DNA of 32,000 nucleotides, from positions 1,230,001 through 1,262,000 of the forward strand of contig NC_022359.1 in the NCBI RefSeq assembly GCF_000354175.2, given 5' to 3'. The notes under the pieces are model-generated. The model did no database searches and was not told the DNA's origin. It was given only the letters and a program-made list of their open reading frames with translations. The stretch comes from Vibrio alginolyticus NBRC 15630 = ATCC 17749 (lineage in GTDB: Bacteria; Pseudomonadota; Gammaproteobacteria; Enterobacterales; Vibrionaceae). This document shows, one piece after another, positions 8,670-18,827 of this stretch (its first letter is position 1; every line of letters begins with the position of its first letter). Both the position numbers and the translations under genes were made by a program.

Positions 8670-9743
8670 GTGCGAAAACAATATTTAAAGCGCACTTTAG
8701 TTGGCGCAGTGGTGACATTAAGTCTTTCTGGAATGCTAACTGGGTGTAATAAAGCCATTTCTGAGCCGTCTGAACCTTTAATCAAACCTGTAAAATTACT
8801 GGCGGTGAAAGACCTAGAACTTGAAGACTCGCACGCCTTTTTAGCGCGTATTGATGCAACACATCGCGCGCAGCTTTCTTTTCAGGTTGGTGGAGAGGTA
8901 GATGAATTACGTGTACGCATGGGTCAAAAGGTCCAAAAAGGTGAAGTGCTCGCAACGTTAGACCCTAAAGATCTTCAGCTTGCGTTAGATGCCGCTCAAG
9001 CGCAGTACGCGTTAGCGAAAACACAATGGGACCGCGCGAAAAACCTTTACGGAAAAAAACTCATTAGTACTGATGAGTACGATCAGAAAGAAACTCAATA
9101 TAAAGCGGCATTGGCGAACTACGAACAAGCTAAAACCGATTTGAGCTATACCAAAATTCACGCACCGTTTGATGGCATTGTGTCATATACCTATGTCAAC
9201 CCGTTTCAAGTAGTAGCAGAGAAGCAGGAGATCTTGAATCTCATTGATAACACGACGTTGGATGTGTCGTTCACCTTGCCAGTAAGTTATGCGGAATCTG
9301 TATCACTTGAGTCACTGCAAAACTCCGATATGTGGGTGACGATGGATAGCGAGCCAGGAAAACGTATCCCTGGGCAATTTAAAGAAATTTCGACGCAGCC
9401 AAACATCGATACCAATAGTTATGAGGCGATCGTGACCATCACTCGACCAGAAGATCGCAATTTGCTGACAGGTATGACTGGGCAGGTACACATTGCTAAA
9501 CAACATGTATCGGACGCGATGACGTTACCTCAGTCTGCTTGGGTCAACAAAAATGGGACGCAAGGTGAAGTTTGGGTAATGGACAGAAGCACGCAGCAGG
9601 TCAATAAAGTCACTGTGTCACTTGACGCAGCAGGTGGTGTGAAAGCCGGGCTTGATAACAATGATTACGTTGTTATTGCTGGTGTTGAGAGACTGGTTGA
9701 AGGACAAGTGGTGAAAGCTTGGGTTCGTGAGGGAGGCATTTAA
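8670..9743 (+). CDS. RND efflux periplasmic adaptor (membrane-fusion) lipoprotein 1
   Basis: 357 aa. GTG start with a GGAGA 6 nt upstream, a signal peptide plus lipobox (LTGC), and HlyD/MFP-type lipoyl and coiled-coil regions (LDPKDLQLALDAAQAQYALAKTQWDRAKNLY). The stop overlaps the next start (TAATG). Confidence 0.9.
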   Translation: MRKQYLKRTLVGAVVTLSLSGMLTGCNKAISEPSEPLIKPVKLLAVKDLELEDSHAFLARIDATHRAQLSFQVGGEVDELRVRMGQKVQKGEVLATLDPKDLQLALDAAQAQYALAKTQWDRAKNLYGKKLISTDEYDQKETQYKAALANYEQAKTDLSYTKIHAPFDGIVSYTYVNPFQVVAEKQEILNLIDNTTLDVSFTLPVSYAESVSLESLQNSDMWVTMDSEPGKRIPGQFKEISTQPNIDTNSYEAIVTITRPEDRNLLTGMTGQVHIAKQHVSDAMTLPQSAWVNKNGTQGEVWVMDRSTQQVNKVTVSLDAAGGVKAGLDNNDYVVIAGVERLVEGQVVKAWVREGGI

Positions 9744-10804
9744 TGAAACGTTCTCTACTTACGATCTCTGCGATTGCACTTGCAGTTTTAACAGGGTGCA
9801 AAAATGAAAACCAAGCTATCGTCGAGCAGCCACTTTTTGTGTCGACTATCTCGGTGGATGCACCAGTAGAAAGTCAACATCGCGCGTTCAAAGGCATAGT
9901 AGTGCCTGCAGAGCAAACGCCAATGGCATTTCGCCGCGCTGGGGAAGTTCAGCACGTATTGGTTAAAGCGGGTGACGTTGTGAAGCAGGGGCAAATGATC
10001 GCAAAGCTAGATGATAGCAAAGAGAAGCAAGCCGTGAATGACGCAGAAGCACAATACACACTCGCAATTCGTCAGCTTAAACGCGGTGAAGACTTGCATG
10101 CACGTCAAATGATTTCAAAAGCGGAACTTGATGAGCTAACCGCCAATAAAGAGCTAGCTGAGGCTACTTTCTATAACGCGACCAATCAATTGAATTACAC
10201 CCGTTTATTCGCCCCGTTCGCCGGTAAAGTATCTGATGTTTTCAAAGAACGTTTTGAGCGTGTGGCAATTGGTGAACCCGTGTTAAACCTATACCAAAAC
10301 GATTTGGTTTACGTGCGTATTGAGCTTTCCGACAATGTTTTAGCGATGGTAGACCCAAACTCAGACAGCATGAGCTACAAGCCTAGAGCAACCTTCTCCG
10401 GCATCGATGGCAGATTTGCTTTGGACTATTTAGAGCACACAAGTGAACCCAACGCTGAAACTCAAACCTACGAAATGTACTTGACGATGCCACAGCCAAA
10501 AACAGAGATATTGCCGGGAACCAGCGTAAGCGTTTTGGTCGATATGGTGAAGGCGGGCATTACCTCTATTGATGGTTACAGTGTTCCTGTCACGGCGCTT
10601 CAAGCAGGCAGTGAAGGGAATGAGTTCTTTGTGTGGAAAAAAGAAGGTGACATTGTCACACGAGTGCCTGTCATGATTTCTCAAGTGAATGGCAATGGAG
10701 CCATTGTGTCGTCAGGTGTTAGCCAGGGCGATATTCTGATTAATTCAAATCTGCGTAAATTACGCGAAGGTAAACATGTGGATGTTGTGGAGAATAACCA
10801 ATAA
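9743..10804 (+). CDS. RND efflux periplasmic adaptor (membrane-fusion) lipoprotein 2
   Basis: 353 aa with lipobox LTGC and MFP architecture (KLDDSKEKQAVNDAEAQYTLAIRQLKRGEDL). It is translationally coupled on both sides by TAATG overlaps. Confidence 0.9.
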   Translation: MKRSLLTISAIALAVLTGCKNENQAIVEQPLFVSTISVDAPVESQHRAFKGIVVPAEQTPMAFRRAGEVQHVLVKAGDVVKQGQMIAKLDDSKEKQAVNDAEAQYTLAIRQLKRGEDLHARQMISKAELDELTANKELAEATFYNATNQLNYTRLFAPFAGKVSDVFKERFERVAIGEPVLNLYQNDLVYVRIELSDNVLAMVDPNSDSMSYKPRATFSGIDGRFALDYLEHTSEPNAETQTYEMYLTMPQPKTEILPGTSVSVLVDMVKAGITSIDGYSVPVTALQAGSEGNEFFVWKKEGDIVTRVPVMISQVNGNGAIVSSGVSQGDILINSNLRKLREGKHVDVVENNQ

Positions 10805-13800
10805 TGAACATTGCTGAGTATTCAATAAAAAACAAAGTCATCAGCTGGTTGTTCATTATTATCCTTGCTGTTGGTGGTTTAACGTCATTTTTGGAGCTTG
10901 GACGATTAGAAGACCCGGCATTTACGATCAAAGATGCCATGATCATCTCAACATACCCTGGCGCGACGTCAAAAGAAGTTGAAGAAGAGCTGACGTATCC
11001 TCTAGAAAAAGAGATTCGAAAACTCCCTTATATCGACAAAATTACCTCTACGTCTTCTAATGGTATGTCTCAAATAACGGTGAGCATGGAAATGGACTAT
11101 GGTCCTGATGAACTGCCGCAAATTTGGGATGAAATGCGCCGTAAAATTAATGATTTACGACCATCATTGCCTCAAGGTGTTCAGTCTTTACAGATCATTG
11201 ATGATTTCGGTGACGTTTATGGCGTGATGTTAATGCTCACTGGTGACGATTACGACTATGTAGAGCTGAAACGTTATGCGGATTACCTGACCCGTGAAAT
11301 CGAGCTTGTTGATGGTGTTGGTAAGGTAGACATCACGGGCGATCAGCAAGAAATGCTATTCGTTGAGATCTCACTTGATCGCCTTGCTGCACTGAATTTA
11401 GACATGAATGTGGTTTCGAGCTTGTTGAACCAGCAAAACAATGTGGTTTCAGCAGGTGAAGTGATGGTTAATGGCGAAAGCCTTGTTATTCGCCCAAGCG
11501 GCACCTTAAACACTGTAGAAGCACTAGAAAATCTGATCATTCATGGCCGTGACACAGGAAATCTAATTCGTCTAAAAGACGTAGCAACGATTTCTCGCGG
11601 TATTCAAGAGAAGCCAAGCAACGTCGTACTCTTTAACGGTCAAAAAGCGATTAATATCGGTATCTCGTTTGCATCGGGTGTGAACGTGGTTGAGGTTGGT
11701 GAACGTTTGGATGCGGAGCTCGCGAGCCTAGAGTCTATCAAGCCTGCTGGCATCGATATGAACTACTTTTACAACCAAGCCAATGAGGTGGATGAATCTG
11801 TTAAAGCGTTTGTAATTAGTCTAGCGGAGGCAGTGGCGATCGTAATCATTGTGTTGCTGTTTACTATGGGTTTACGCAGTGGTGTCATCATTGGAGTTGT
11901 GTTGTTATTGACGGTGTTTGGTACCTTCATTTTGATGAATTACAACAACATCGAACTGCATCGTATTTCTCTTGGCGCGTTAATTATTGCCTTAGGTATG
12001 CTGGTTGATAACGCGATTGTTGTCGTGGAAGGCATATTGGTTGGCCTAAAGAAAGGGCGTACCAAAGTTCAAGCGGCTGTCGATATTGTAAAGCAAACAC
12101 AATGGCCTTTGCTGGGCGCGACTGTTATTGCAATTACGGCTTTTGCACCTATCGGCTTGTCGCAAGATGCGACAGGTGAGTTCATGGGCTCTCTATTCTG
12201 GGTGCTGTGTTTCTCACTATTTTTAAGCTGGATTACCGCTATTACACTGACGCCTTTCCTTGCCGATCTTTTGTTGAAAGAGGAAAACAAAGAGCAGGGT
12301 ACTAGCGAAGATGATCCTTATAAAGGCTGGTTGTTTGTCGTATTTGGGGCATCACTGAAATTTGCATTGCGATTCCGCTGGCTTACCGTTGCTGGCATGG
12401 TGGCGCTATTAGTGGGTGCTGTCGTGGCATTTGGTAATGTAAAACAGCAGTTCTTCCCACCATCGAATACGCCGATGTTCTACGTGGATATGTGGATGCC
12501 AGAGGGTACTGACATCCGTGAAACGATCAAAAAAGCTGAAGAGGTCGAAAGCTACATTCGTCAGCAAGATGATATTGACTTTGTTTCTGCTTCGATTGGG
12601 CAGGGCCTACAGCGTTTTGCTTTAACCTATCAACCAGAAAAAAGTTACGAAGCGTACGCTCAGTTCCAAGTTCGCGCGATTGATCGTGAGAAAATGTTTG
12701 GTTTACTGCATAAGTTAGATGCGAATCTGGCGAAAACATTTGATGCGCCTACGTTCCAGTTTAAATTGATGGAGTTTGGTCCATCACCAGCGTCTAAGAT
12801 CGAAGCGCGTATTACTGGCCCTGATCCACAAGTTTTACGTGACTTGGCGGTGCAAGTTGAAGACATCCTTCATACCGACCCTGGTGCCCGAAACATTCGT
12901 CACGATTGGCGAGAGCGCACCAAGGAACTTGTACCCGTTTTCAATGAGTCTAAAGCTCGTCGCTTAGGTATTTCGAAAGAAGATCTTTCAAGCACACTGC
13001 AAATGGCGTTTGGTGGTAGCACCTTAGGTTACTTGCGTGATGGTACACATACGTTGCCAATTATGACACGCCTTCCTGAAGAAGAACGCGTAGATTTTGA
13101 ATCACTACAAAACGTGACCATTTGGAGTCCTTCGTTGCAAACGTATATTCCGGTTGATCAAGTGATTGATGGCGTTCAACTGGATTGGAGTGAGCCGCTA
13201 ATTCAGCGCCGTGACCGTAAGCGTACGTTAACCGTTCTCGCGGACCATGATGTGTTGAGTGACGACACGGCAGCAAGCTTATTTGCTCGTGTACAGCCTA
13301 AAGTGATGGCATTGCATGTTCCAGAAGGATACGAAATCACATGGGGTGGTGAGTACGAATCATCCAAAGATGCACAAGAAGGCCTATTCGGTTCATTGCC
13401 GATGGGTTACTTGTTGATGTTCATCATTACTATTTTACTGTTTAACTCAATCAAAAAGCCGTTGGTCATTTGGTTCACCGTTCCGTTAGCTATCATTGGC
13501 GTTGCTTTTGGTTTGCTTACCACGAACATGCCGTTCAGTTTTACAGCATTCCTTGGTTTGTTAAGCCTAAGTGGCATGATTTTGAAAAACGGTATTGTGT
13601 TGCTTGACCAAATTAACCTTGAGTTGGAGTCAGGTAAAGATCCTTACCTCGCGATTGTCGATAGTGCGATAAGCCGCGTTCGTCCGGTAAGTATGGCTGC
13701 CCTAACAACTATCTTGGGGATGATTCCACTGGTCTTCGACGCCTTCTTTGGCTCGATGGCAATAACGATTATGGCAGGTCTTGGTTTTGCTACTGTACTG

Positions 13801-13863
13801 ACACTGATAGTGGTGCCAGTGATGTTTGCAATTCTGTTTAGGGTAAAACCGACCACTGCATAG
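10804..13863 (+). CDS. RND (AcrB/HAE1-type) efflux transporter permease
   Basis: 1019 aa with two large periplasmic loops and 12-TM organisation, typical of the AcrB/AcrD/AcrF family. Confidence 0.95.
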   Translation: MNIAEYSIKNKVISWLFIIILAVGGLTSFLELGRLEDPAFTIKDAMIISTYPGATSKEVEEELTYPLEKEIRKLPYIDKITSTSSNGMSQITVSMEMDYGPDELPQIWDEMRRKINDLRPSLPQGVQSLQIIDDFGDVYGVMLMLTGDDYDYVELKRYADYLTREIELVDGVGKVDITGDQQEMLFVEISLDRLAALNLDMNVVSSLLNQQNNVVSAGEVMVNGESLVIRPSGTLNTVEALENLIIHGRDTGNLIRLKDVATISRGIQEKPSNVVLFNGQKAINIGISFASGVNVVEVGERLDAELASLESIKPAGIDMNYFYNQANEVDESVKAFVISLAEAVAIVIIVLLFTMGLRSGVIIGVVLLLTVFGTFILMNYNNIELHRISLGALIIALGMLVDNAIVVVEGILVGLKKGRTKVQAAVDIVKQTQWPLLGATVIAITAFAPIGLSQDATGEFMGSLFWVLCFSLFLSWITAITLTPFLADLLLKEENKEQGTSEDDPYKGWLFVVFGASLKFALRFRWLTVAGMVALLVGAVVAFGNVKQQFFPPSNTPMFYVDMWMPEGTDIRETIKKAEEVESYIRQQDDIDFVSASIGQGLQRFALTYQPEKSYEAYAQFQVRAIDREKMFGLLHKLDANLAKTFDAPTFQFKLMEFGPSPASKIEARITGPDPQVLRDLAVQVEDILHTDPGARNIRHDWRERTKELVPVFNESKARRLGISKEDLSSTLQMAFGGSTLGYLRDGTHTLPIMTRLPEEERVDFESLQNVTIWSPSLQTYIPVDQVIDGVQLDWSEPLIQRRDRKRTLTVLADHDVLSDDTAASLFARVQPKVMALHVPEGYEITWGGEYESSKDAQEGLFGSLPMGYLLMFIITILLFNSIKKPLVIWFTVPLAIIGVAFGLLTTNMPFSFTAFLGLLSLSGMILKNGIVLLDQINLELESGKDPYLAIVDSAISRVRPVSMAALTTILGMIPLVFDAFFGSMAITIMAGLGFATVLTLIVVPVMFAILFRVKPTTA

Positions 13864-13894
13864 GGACTCCTGGCTATTTGCCAGCTTCCTGCCT

Positions 13895-13925
13895 AGCCCT
13901 GAAGGTTTTCTTCGGGGCTTTTTTG
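13895..13925 (+). terminator. Rho-independent terminator of the RND operon
   Basis: AGCCCTGAAG pairs with CTTCGGGGCT (one G-U pair) with a 5-nt loop, followed by T6. Confidence 0.75.
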
Positions 13926-14038
13926 ATCTTACTAATATATACCAAACCATTCATTTGCTTGATTTTAATGATTTTCTTACGATTACAATGCAAATCATGC
14001 GTATACTGATGTAACGACACATCAAAGATTGAGATTAC

Positions 14039-14749
14039 ATGAATAAGCGCATATTAAACGGACTCTTCTTCGTTGGTTCTTTCACCTTGGTTGGCTGCAC
14101 CGCGACGGATAGCATGCCGACAGAAACCAAACAACCTGCCCCTAAAGTCAACAGTGTTAGTGCTGAAGTCATTTCCAGTTGGATTGATAGTAAGGTTTTA
14201 GCCCCTGAAGGGCTGTCGCTCGAGCAAGACAATCTACGTTATCTATCGGGTAGCGCCGACCTAAACAGCGACGGAAAGGCAGAACACATAGTGTTGCTTC
14301 AAGATCGCTATTTCTGTGGTAGTGGTGGCTGCTCTGCATATATGTTTGATAATGAGGGAAACGTTATTAATCGAATGTCGGTAACTCGCACGCCTATTGT
14401 ACTAGCCGACAGTTACAGTAATGGTTGGCAGGACTTTATCGTTTGGAGTAATGGCTCATATCGACTCATGAGTTACAACGGTGAGTCTTATCCAAGTAAC
14501 CCGTCACTAGAGCCAAAGGTGGATCGAGACGCTAACCAGCAGGCGGCAATCGCAAATGTAATGGCGACAGAGCTTTATCAGCAAGACGGCTATGACATTC
14601 TGCCCGCAGAATCAAAAACCTTGTGGACGCCAGCTAACGTTTACCACTTTACCTTCAAGCACTACGGTGACCCGCATAGCGCTTATCAAGCAACGGTGGA
14701 TATGAGCAGTGGGGAAGTAGACATTGTAGCCGTTCCGGCTGCGGAATAA
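14039..14749 (+). CDS. Hypothetical lipoprotein
   Basis: 236 aa with a signal peptide and lipobox (FTLVGC). The mature part contains DLNSDGKAEHIVLL and a CGSGGC motif. I recognise no family. The gene has its own flanking intergenic regions. Confidence 0.75.
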   Translation: MNKRILNGLFFVGSFTLVGCTATDSMPTETKQPAPKVNSVSAEVISSWIDSKVLAPEGLSLEQDNLRYLSGSADLNSDGKAEHIVLLQDRYFCGSGGCSAYMFDNEGNVINRMSVTRTPIVLADSYSNGWQDFIVWSNGSYRLMSYNGESYPSNPSLEPKVDRDANQQAAIANVMATELYQQDGYDILPAESKTLWTPANVYHFTFKHYGDPHSAYQATVDMSSGEVDIVAVPAAE

Positions 14750-14751
14750 AA

Positions 14752-14786
14752 AGCACCTCCCTTAACCGGAATTAAAGGGAGGTGCT
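14752..14786. terminator. 12-bp hairpin between the convergent lipoprotein gene and fruA
   Basis: AGCACCTCCCTT pairs with AAGGGAGGTGCT with an 11-nt loop. A U-tract (UUUUA) follows only on the minus strand, so this is most likely the fruBKA terminator. Confidence 0.65.
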
Positions 14787-14831
14787 AAATGCCAAATTCG
14801 AGGGTGGCATTGTTAACCGGAGTCGCTCTAA

Positions 14832-16571
14832 TTAAGCTGCGACTTCTTGTTTCGCTTCTGCTTTGCTTTTTAAGAATGCGTAAGTAAAGCCAGTTACCGC
14901 TGTACCTGCTGCAATAGCCACTAAATACATTAATACTGGTGAAATTGCGTTAGGAATTAGCAGCACGAATAGACCGCCGTGTGGTGCCATTAATTTCGCA
15001 CCGAATAGCATCGATAGGGCACCAGTAAGCGCGCCACCTGCCATACAAGATGGAATCACGCGCATTGGATCTTTCGCAGCAAATGGAATTGCGCCTTCAG
15101 AGATGAAACAAAGGCCCAAGACAAATGATGCTTTACCTGCCTCACGTTCATTTTGTTCAAATTTGTTCTTCGCAATGAAGGTCGCTAAACCCATACCTAG
15201 CGCAGGAACCATACCTGCGGCCATGATTGCCGCCATTGGCGCGTAAGTTTGTGAAGCCAAAAGGCCAACACCAAATGCGTAAGCGGCTTTGTTTACCGGG
15301 CCTCCTAGGTCGAAACACATCATTGCGCCAAGGATAATACCCAGTAGTACTGCACTGTCAGATCCCATGTTGTTTAGGAAGTCAGTCAGGCCGTTCATGA
15401 TGCCTGAAACTGGGCCGCCTACGATGTAGATCATGACAAGTCCGGTGAACAATGTTGCCACAAATGGAATAATCAGAATCGGTTTAAGCGCCTCCATCGA
15501 TTGTGGCAGTTTCACCTTATCTGCGAGGAGTTTCGCTGCGTAACCAGCAATGAAACCAGCCGCGATACCGCCAAGGAAACCTGCGCCAGTAGAACTTGCT
15601 AGCATACCACCAACAAGACCAGGAGCCAGACCAGGACGGTCAGCGATTGAAAACGCAATATAGCCAGCAAGTACAGGAATCATCAATGCGAATGCAGAGC
15701 CACCACCAATGTTCATCAAGGCTGCTGCTAGTGTGCCTTCTTCTTTAAATGCTTCAATACCGAACACGAAAGATAGTGCGATGATCAAACCACCTGCAAC
15801 GACAACAGGAAGCATGTGCGAAACACCCGTCATTAGGTGTTTGTAAGCGCCTTTTTTCTCTTCGGTGGTAGATGAAGAGTTAGCTGAACCAGAATGCTGA
15901 TACACAGTGGCTTGCTCGAATGCTTTGTCCATCTCTTCGGCTGTTTTTTTCAGAGCTGGGCCTGTTTTCGTGCGGTACATCTTTTTGCCGTTAAAGCGAT
16001 CAAGTGGCACTTCAATATCGGCAGCAATGATCACCAGATCGGCGTCTGCAATTTCTTGCTCAGTCAGTTGGTTTTTAGCGCCAACTGAACCACGAGTTTC
16101 CACCTTGATTTGATGGCCACGACGCTTGCCTTCTTCTTCTAAAGCTTCTGCCGCCATAAAGGTATGCGCAACGCCAGTAGGGCAAGCGGTGATTGCAACA
16201 ATTTTCTTCGCTGCTGATGTTGTATCTGCAGTGATAGGGGCTGCAAGTGTGGTTGCTTTTTCAAGTAAAGTGGCGTTTTCAACCGCTTGCTGGAGAAACG
16301 CAGTTGCGTCTTTTGCTATTTCGTTAATTTCCGCTTGGTAAACCTTTTTTCCTACAAAACGAGAAGTGTCGACGCTAGTATTTGCCGCAATGACAATGAC
16401 TTCTGCTTGTTCAACGTCAGCTTCCGTCAATAGTGTTGGTTCAACCACACTTGATTGACATTCTATTTTGGCATTCCAGTTTAATTTTGCGGCGGCTTGT
16501 TCTAGTAATCCTGCCGCAAGGATGCTATTTGCTACACCGCTTGGACAGGCAGTAATAATGGCAATATTCAT
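14832..16571 (-). CDS. fruA: PTS fructose-specific EIIB'BC component
   Basis: 579 aa with two IIB-type domains carrying the cysteine motif (ITACPSGVANS, ITACPTGVAHT), followed by a polytopic IIC domain. Confidence 0.93.
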   Translation of the reverse strand: MNIAIITACPSGVANSILAAGLLEQAAAKLNWNAKIECQSSVVEPTLLTEADVEQAEVIVIAANTSVDTSRFVGKKVYQAEINEIAKDATAFLQQAVENATLLEKATTLAAPITADTTSAAKKIVAITACPTGVAHTFMAAEALEEEGKRRGHQIKVETRGSVGAKNQLTEQEIADADLVIIAADIEVPLDRFNGKKMYRTKTGPALKKTAEEMDKAFEQATVYQHSGSANSSSTTEEKKGAYKHLMTGVSHMLPVVVAGGLIIALSFVFGIEAFKEEGTLAAALMNIGGGSAFALMIPVLAGYIAFSIADRPGLAPGLVGGMLASSTGAGFLGGIAAGFIAGYAAKLLADKVKLPQSMEALKPILIIPFVATLFTGLVMIYIVGGPVSGIMNGLTDFLNNMGSDSAVLLGIILGAMMCFDLGGPVNKAAYAFGVGLLASQTYAPMAAIMAAGMVPALGMGLATFIAKNKFEQNEREAGKASFVLGLCFISEGAIPFAAKDPMRVIPSCMAGGALTGALSMLFGAKLMAPHGGLFVLLIPNAISPVLMYLVAIAAGTAVTGFTYAFLKSKAEAKQEVAA

Positions 16572-16589
16572 ACAATAACCTTCTGTTCC

Positions 16590-17561
16590 TTAGTTTTGTT
16601 CTAAGTTTGTAATAGGGTAAAGCGCGCTAACTTCAGTTTGTCGCTTGATATTTTCCAGTTCTTCCTGACTGGTTAGCCCTACGCCAACTTGACTAACTGC
16701 CAAAGCAGAAAGTGCCGTAGCGAAGCGCAATAAATCGTTTTTAGGCATCAGTTGCATGTGGCCCCAACACAAGCCAGCGACCAGCGTATCGCCTGCGCCA
16801 ACGGTGCTCACGACATGCATTCGAGGCGGTTTTGCACTAAGCCATTCGCCTTGGTTGAGCCACATAACACCGTCAGGTCCCATAGAAACCACGATGTTTT
16901 CTATGCCTTTGTCGCTCAGTGTTTGCGCTGCAGCTTGGCATTGTTCAGGTGTTGCTAGATGTTCGCCAACAAAATCACCAAGTTCTTCATCGTTGGGCTT
17001 AATCAACCATGGGTGAGCCTCAATACCTGACTTCAATGCGGCTTTGCTACTGTCGAACAACACCTTTTTGCCTTGTTGATGCAGTGCTTCTATCCATGCA
17101 GCGCATTGTTCGGCGGTTACGCCTCCAGGTAAGCTACCTGCAAGTACAAAGTAATCATGCGTCTCCGCTAGACGAAATAGTGTCTCCTCAAAGCGAGTAA
17201 TTTCGTCGGCCGCTACTTGAACGCCAGGGAAGTTGATATCACTGACGTTGCCATTGGCCTCAACCAGCTTAACGTTGATACGAGTGGCACCCTTTACTTC
17301 CACAAATTCATTCTTAACGTTGATGTCATTGAAAAGCTGATGAAATAGCTCAGGGTTATCTTTACCGAGAAAGCCGGTAACCGTGACGTCTGCGCCTAAA
17401 TCGCTCAATACTTTTGCTACGTTGACACCTTTACCAGCAGCGTGGAGATTGCTTTGCTGTACTAAGCTCACGGAACCAACGTTTAGTTCATTTACTGAAC
17501 CTGTTAAATCCAATGCTGGGTTGAGCGTAATAGTGACAACCTTATTTGTTTTGTTTGTCAT
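16590..17561 (-). CDS. fruK: 1-phosphofructokinase (PfkB family)
   Basis: 323 aa with AGKGVNVAKVL and GAGDTLVAG motifs, located between fruB and fruA. Confidence 0.93.
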   Translation of the reverse strand: MTNKTNKVVTITLNPALDLTGSVNELNVGSVSLVQQSNLHAAGKGVNVAKVLSDLGADVTVTGFLGKDNPELFHQLFNDINVKNEFVEVKGATRINVKLVEANGNVSDINFPGVQVAADEITRFEETLFRLAETHDYFVLAGSLPGGVTAEQCAAWIEALHQQGKKVLFDSSKAALKSGIEAHPWLIKPNDEELGDFVGEHLATPEQCQAAAQTLSDKGIENIVVSMGPDGVMWLNQGEWLSAKPPRMHVVSTVGAGDTLVAGLCWGHMQLMPKNDLLRFATALSALAVSQVGVGLTSQEELENIKRQTEVSALYPITNLEQN

Positions 17562-17570
17562 ATCGGATCC

Positions 17571-18704
17571 TTAACCTTCACCAAGGCCAGAAGCGATTGC
17601 ATTTCCGATAGACTCCAAGGCTTGCGGCGCATCAGGGCCTTCTGCTGTAAATTGAAGTTGGTGACCGTGCTTAACGCCCAGCGCGATAACTTTCATTAGG
17701 CTCTTCGCGTTTACTGCTTTTCCATCTCCGTCTAGGTTGGAAACACGTATAGTGGATTCAAACTTTTTCGCTTCTGCGACTAACATTGCCCCCGGACGAG
17801 CATGTAGGCCGTGAGAGTTTTTGATTTTAAATACAGCGGTATTGCCTTCTTCTGAAGATGCAGCTGTGACTTCTTCACCTTTGAACAAAGCAAGAATCTG
17901 TTCTACTGATGCATCTAAAAGCTTGCCGTGTTCATTGTTAAACACAATATTAGAAAGCGTTTTTAGGATAGGTTGGTGAGCATTGTTACATGCTGCGAAC
18001 GCGAAAAGTGCACGCACTTTTTGACCTTCATATTCGCAGTCGTTTGCCGTCGAGACAAATGACACACCTGTGCGAGTGACATGTTTGTCACTGCCAATTA
18101 ACCACAGGCCATTACCTAAGTGAGTTGGTTGTTTGGTAACGAGATCGGCAACGAACTCGTTATCAGCACATCCCGTATTTTTCAACAGACCACCTGCAAC
18201 AGCACTCATCTGTAGCATGTCGCTCGCAGGGAACATCAGTTGAATTAAAGAAGCGTCAAAGTCTGCTTCAAGCTGAACATCACCGTGCAGTAGGGCGATG
18301 ATTTCGTCTTCATTTTTTGCATTACGCAGACGCTCTTCTACGCCATCTGCGCCTAGCACTTTGGTGAGCTGTTTAAGAATGCCAAGGTGTTCATCAGATT
18401 TAGCTGCGATACCGATAGCGACGAACACAGTATTGCCATCACCCCAGTCGACACCTTGTGGGAAGTGATGCACAGCAACACCCGTTGTTTTCACCATTGC
18501 ACGAGTGTCGGTTGTACCGTGCGGGATGGCGATACCGTTCCCCAAAAACGTAGAGTTTTGGTTTTCACGGTTTAGCATGCCTTCAACGTAACCGCGTTCA
18601 ACTAGGCCTTTATCAGTCAGGCTATGAGCAATACTCTTTATTGCTTCAAACTTATCTGTCGCTGATTGCGAGAGGGTAATGTCGTTCTTATTTAGCTTAA
18701 GCAT
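17571..18704 (-). CDS. fruB: PTS fructose-specific EIIA/FPr multiphosphoryl transfer protein
   Basis: 377 aa. N-terminal EIIA(Fru/Mtl-type) with GIAIPHG, a central M domain, and a C-terminal HPr-like domain (NSHGLHARPGAMLV). Confidence 0.93.
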   Translation of the reverse strand: MLKLNKNDITLSQSATDKFEAIKSIAHSLTDKGLVERGYVEGMLNRENQNSTFLGNGIAIPHGTTDTRAMVKTTGVAVHHFPQGVDWGDGNTVFVAIGIAAKSDEHLGILKQLTKVLGADGVEERLRNAKNEDEIIALLHGDVQLEADFDASLIQLMFPASDMLQMSAVAGGLLKNTGCADNEFVADLVTKQPTHLGNGLWLIGSDKHVTRTGVSFVSTANDCEYEGQKVRALFAFAACNNAHQPILKTLSNIVFNNEHGKLLDASVEQILALFKGEEVTAASSEEGNTAVFKIKNSHGLHARPGAMLVAEAKKFESTIRVSNLDGDGKAVNAKSLMKVIALGVKHGHQLQFTAEGPDAPQALESIGNAIASGLGEG

Positions 18705-18811
18705 GGTGCTTCTCCAGCCTTAAGGTATCAATTTAAAAATGTATTCTGTGTGAGAAGTTGAACGCCGCTTCTTCTGAGCGCTTATCACTCCTCAAACCTT
18801 TTATCTTTCAA

Positions 18812-18827
18812 GCTAAATCGATTCAGC
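18812..18827. promoter_or_regulatory. Cra/FruR operator, fruB-proximal
   Basis: GCTAAATCGATTCAGC is a near-perfect match to the palindromic Cra box GCTGAATCGATTCAGC. It lies about 110 nt upstream of the fruB ATG. Confidence 0.75.

Noticed and set aside
13702-13950. 82-aa minus-strand ORF overlapping the RND 3' end and terminator.
   Set aside because: It is antisense to the RND gene and crosses the terminator, with no supporting signals.
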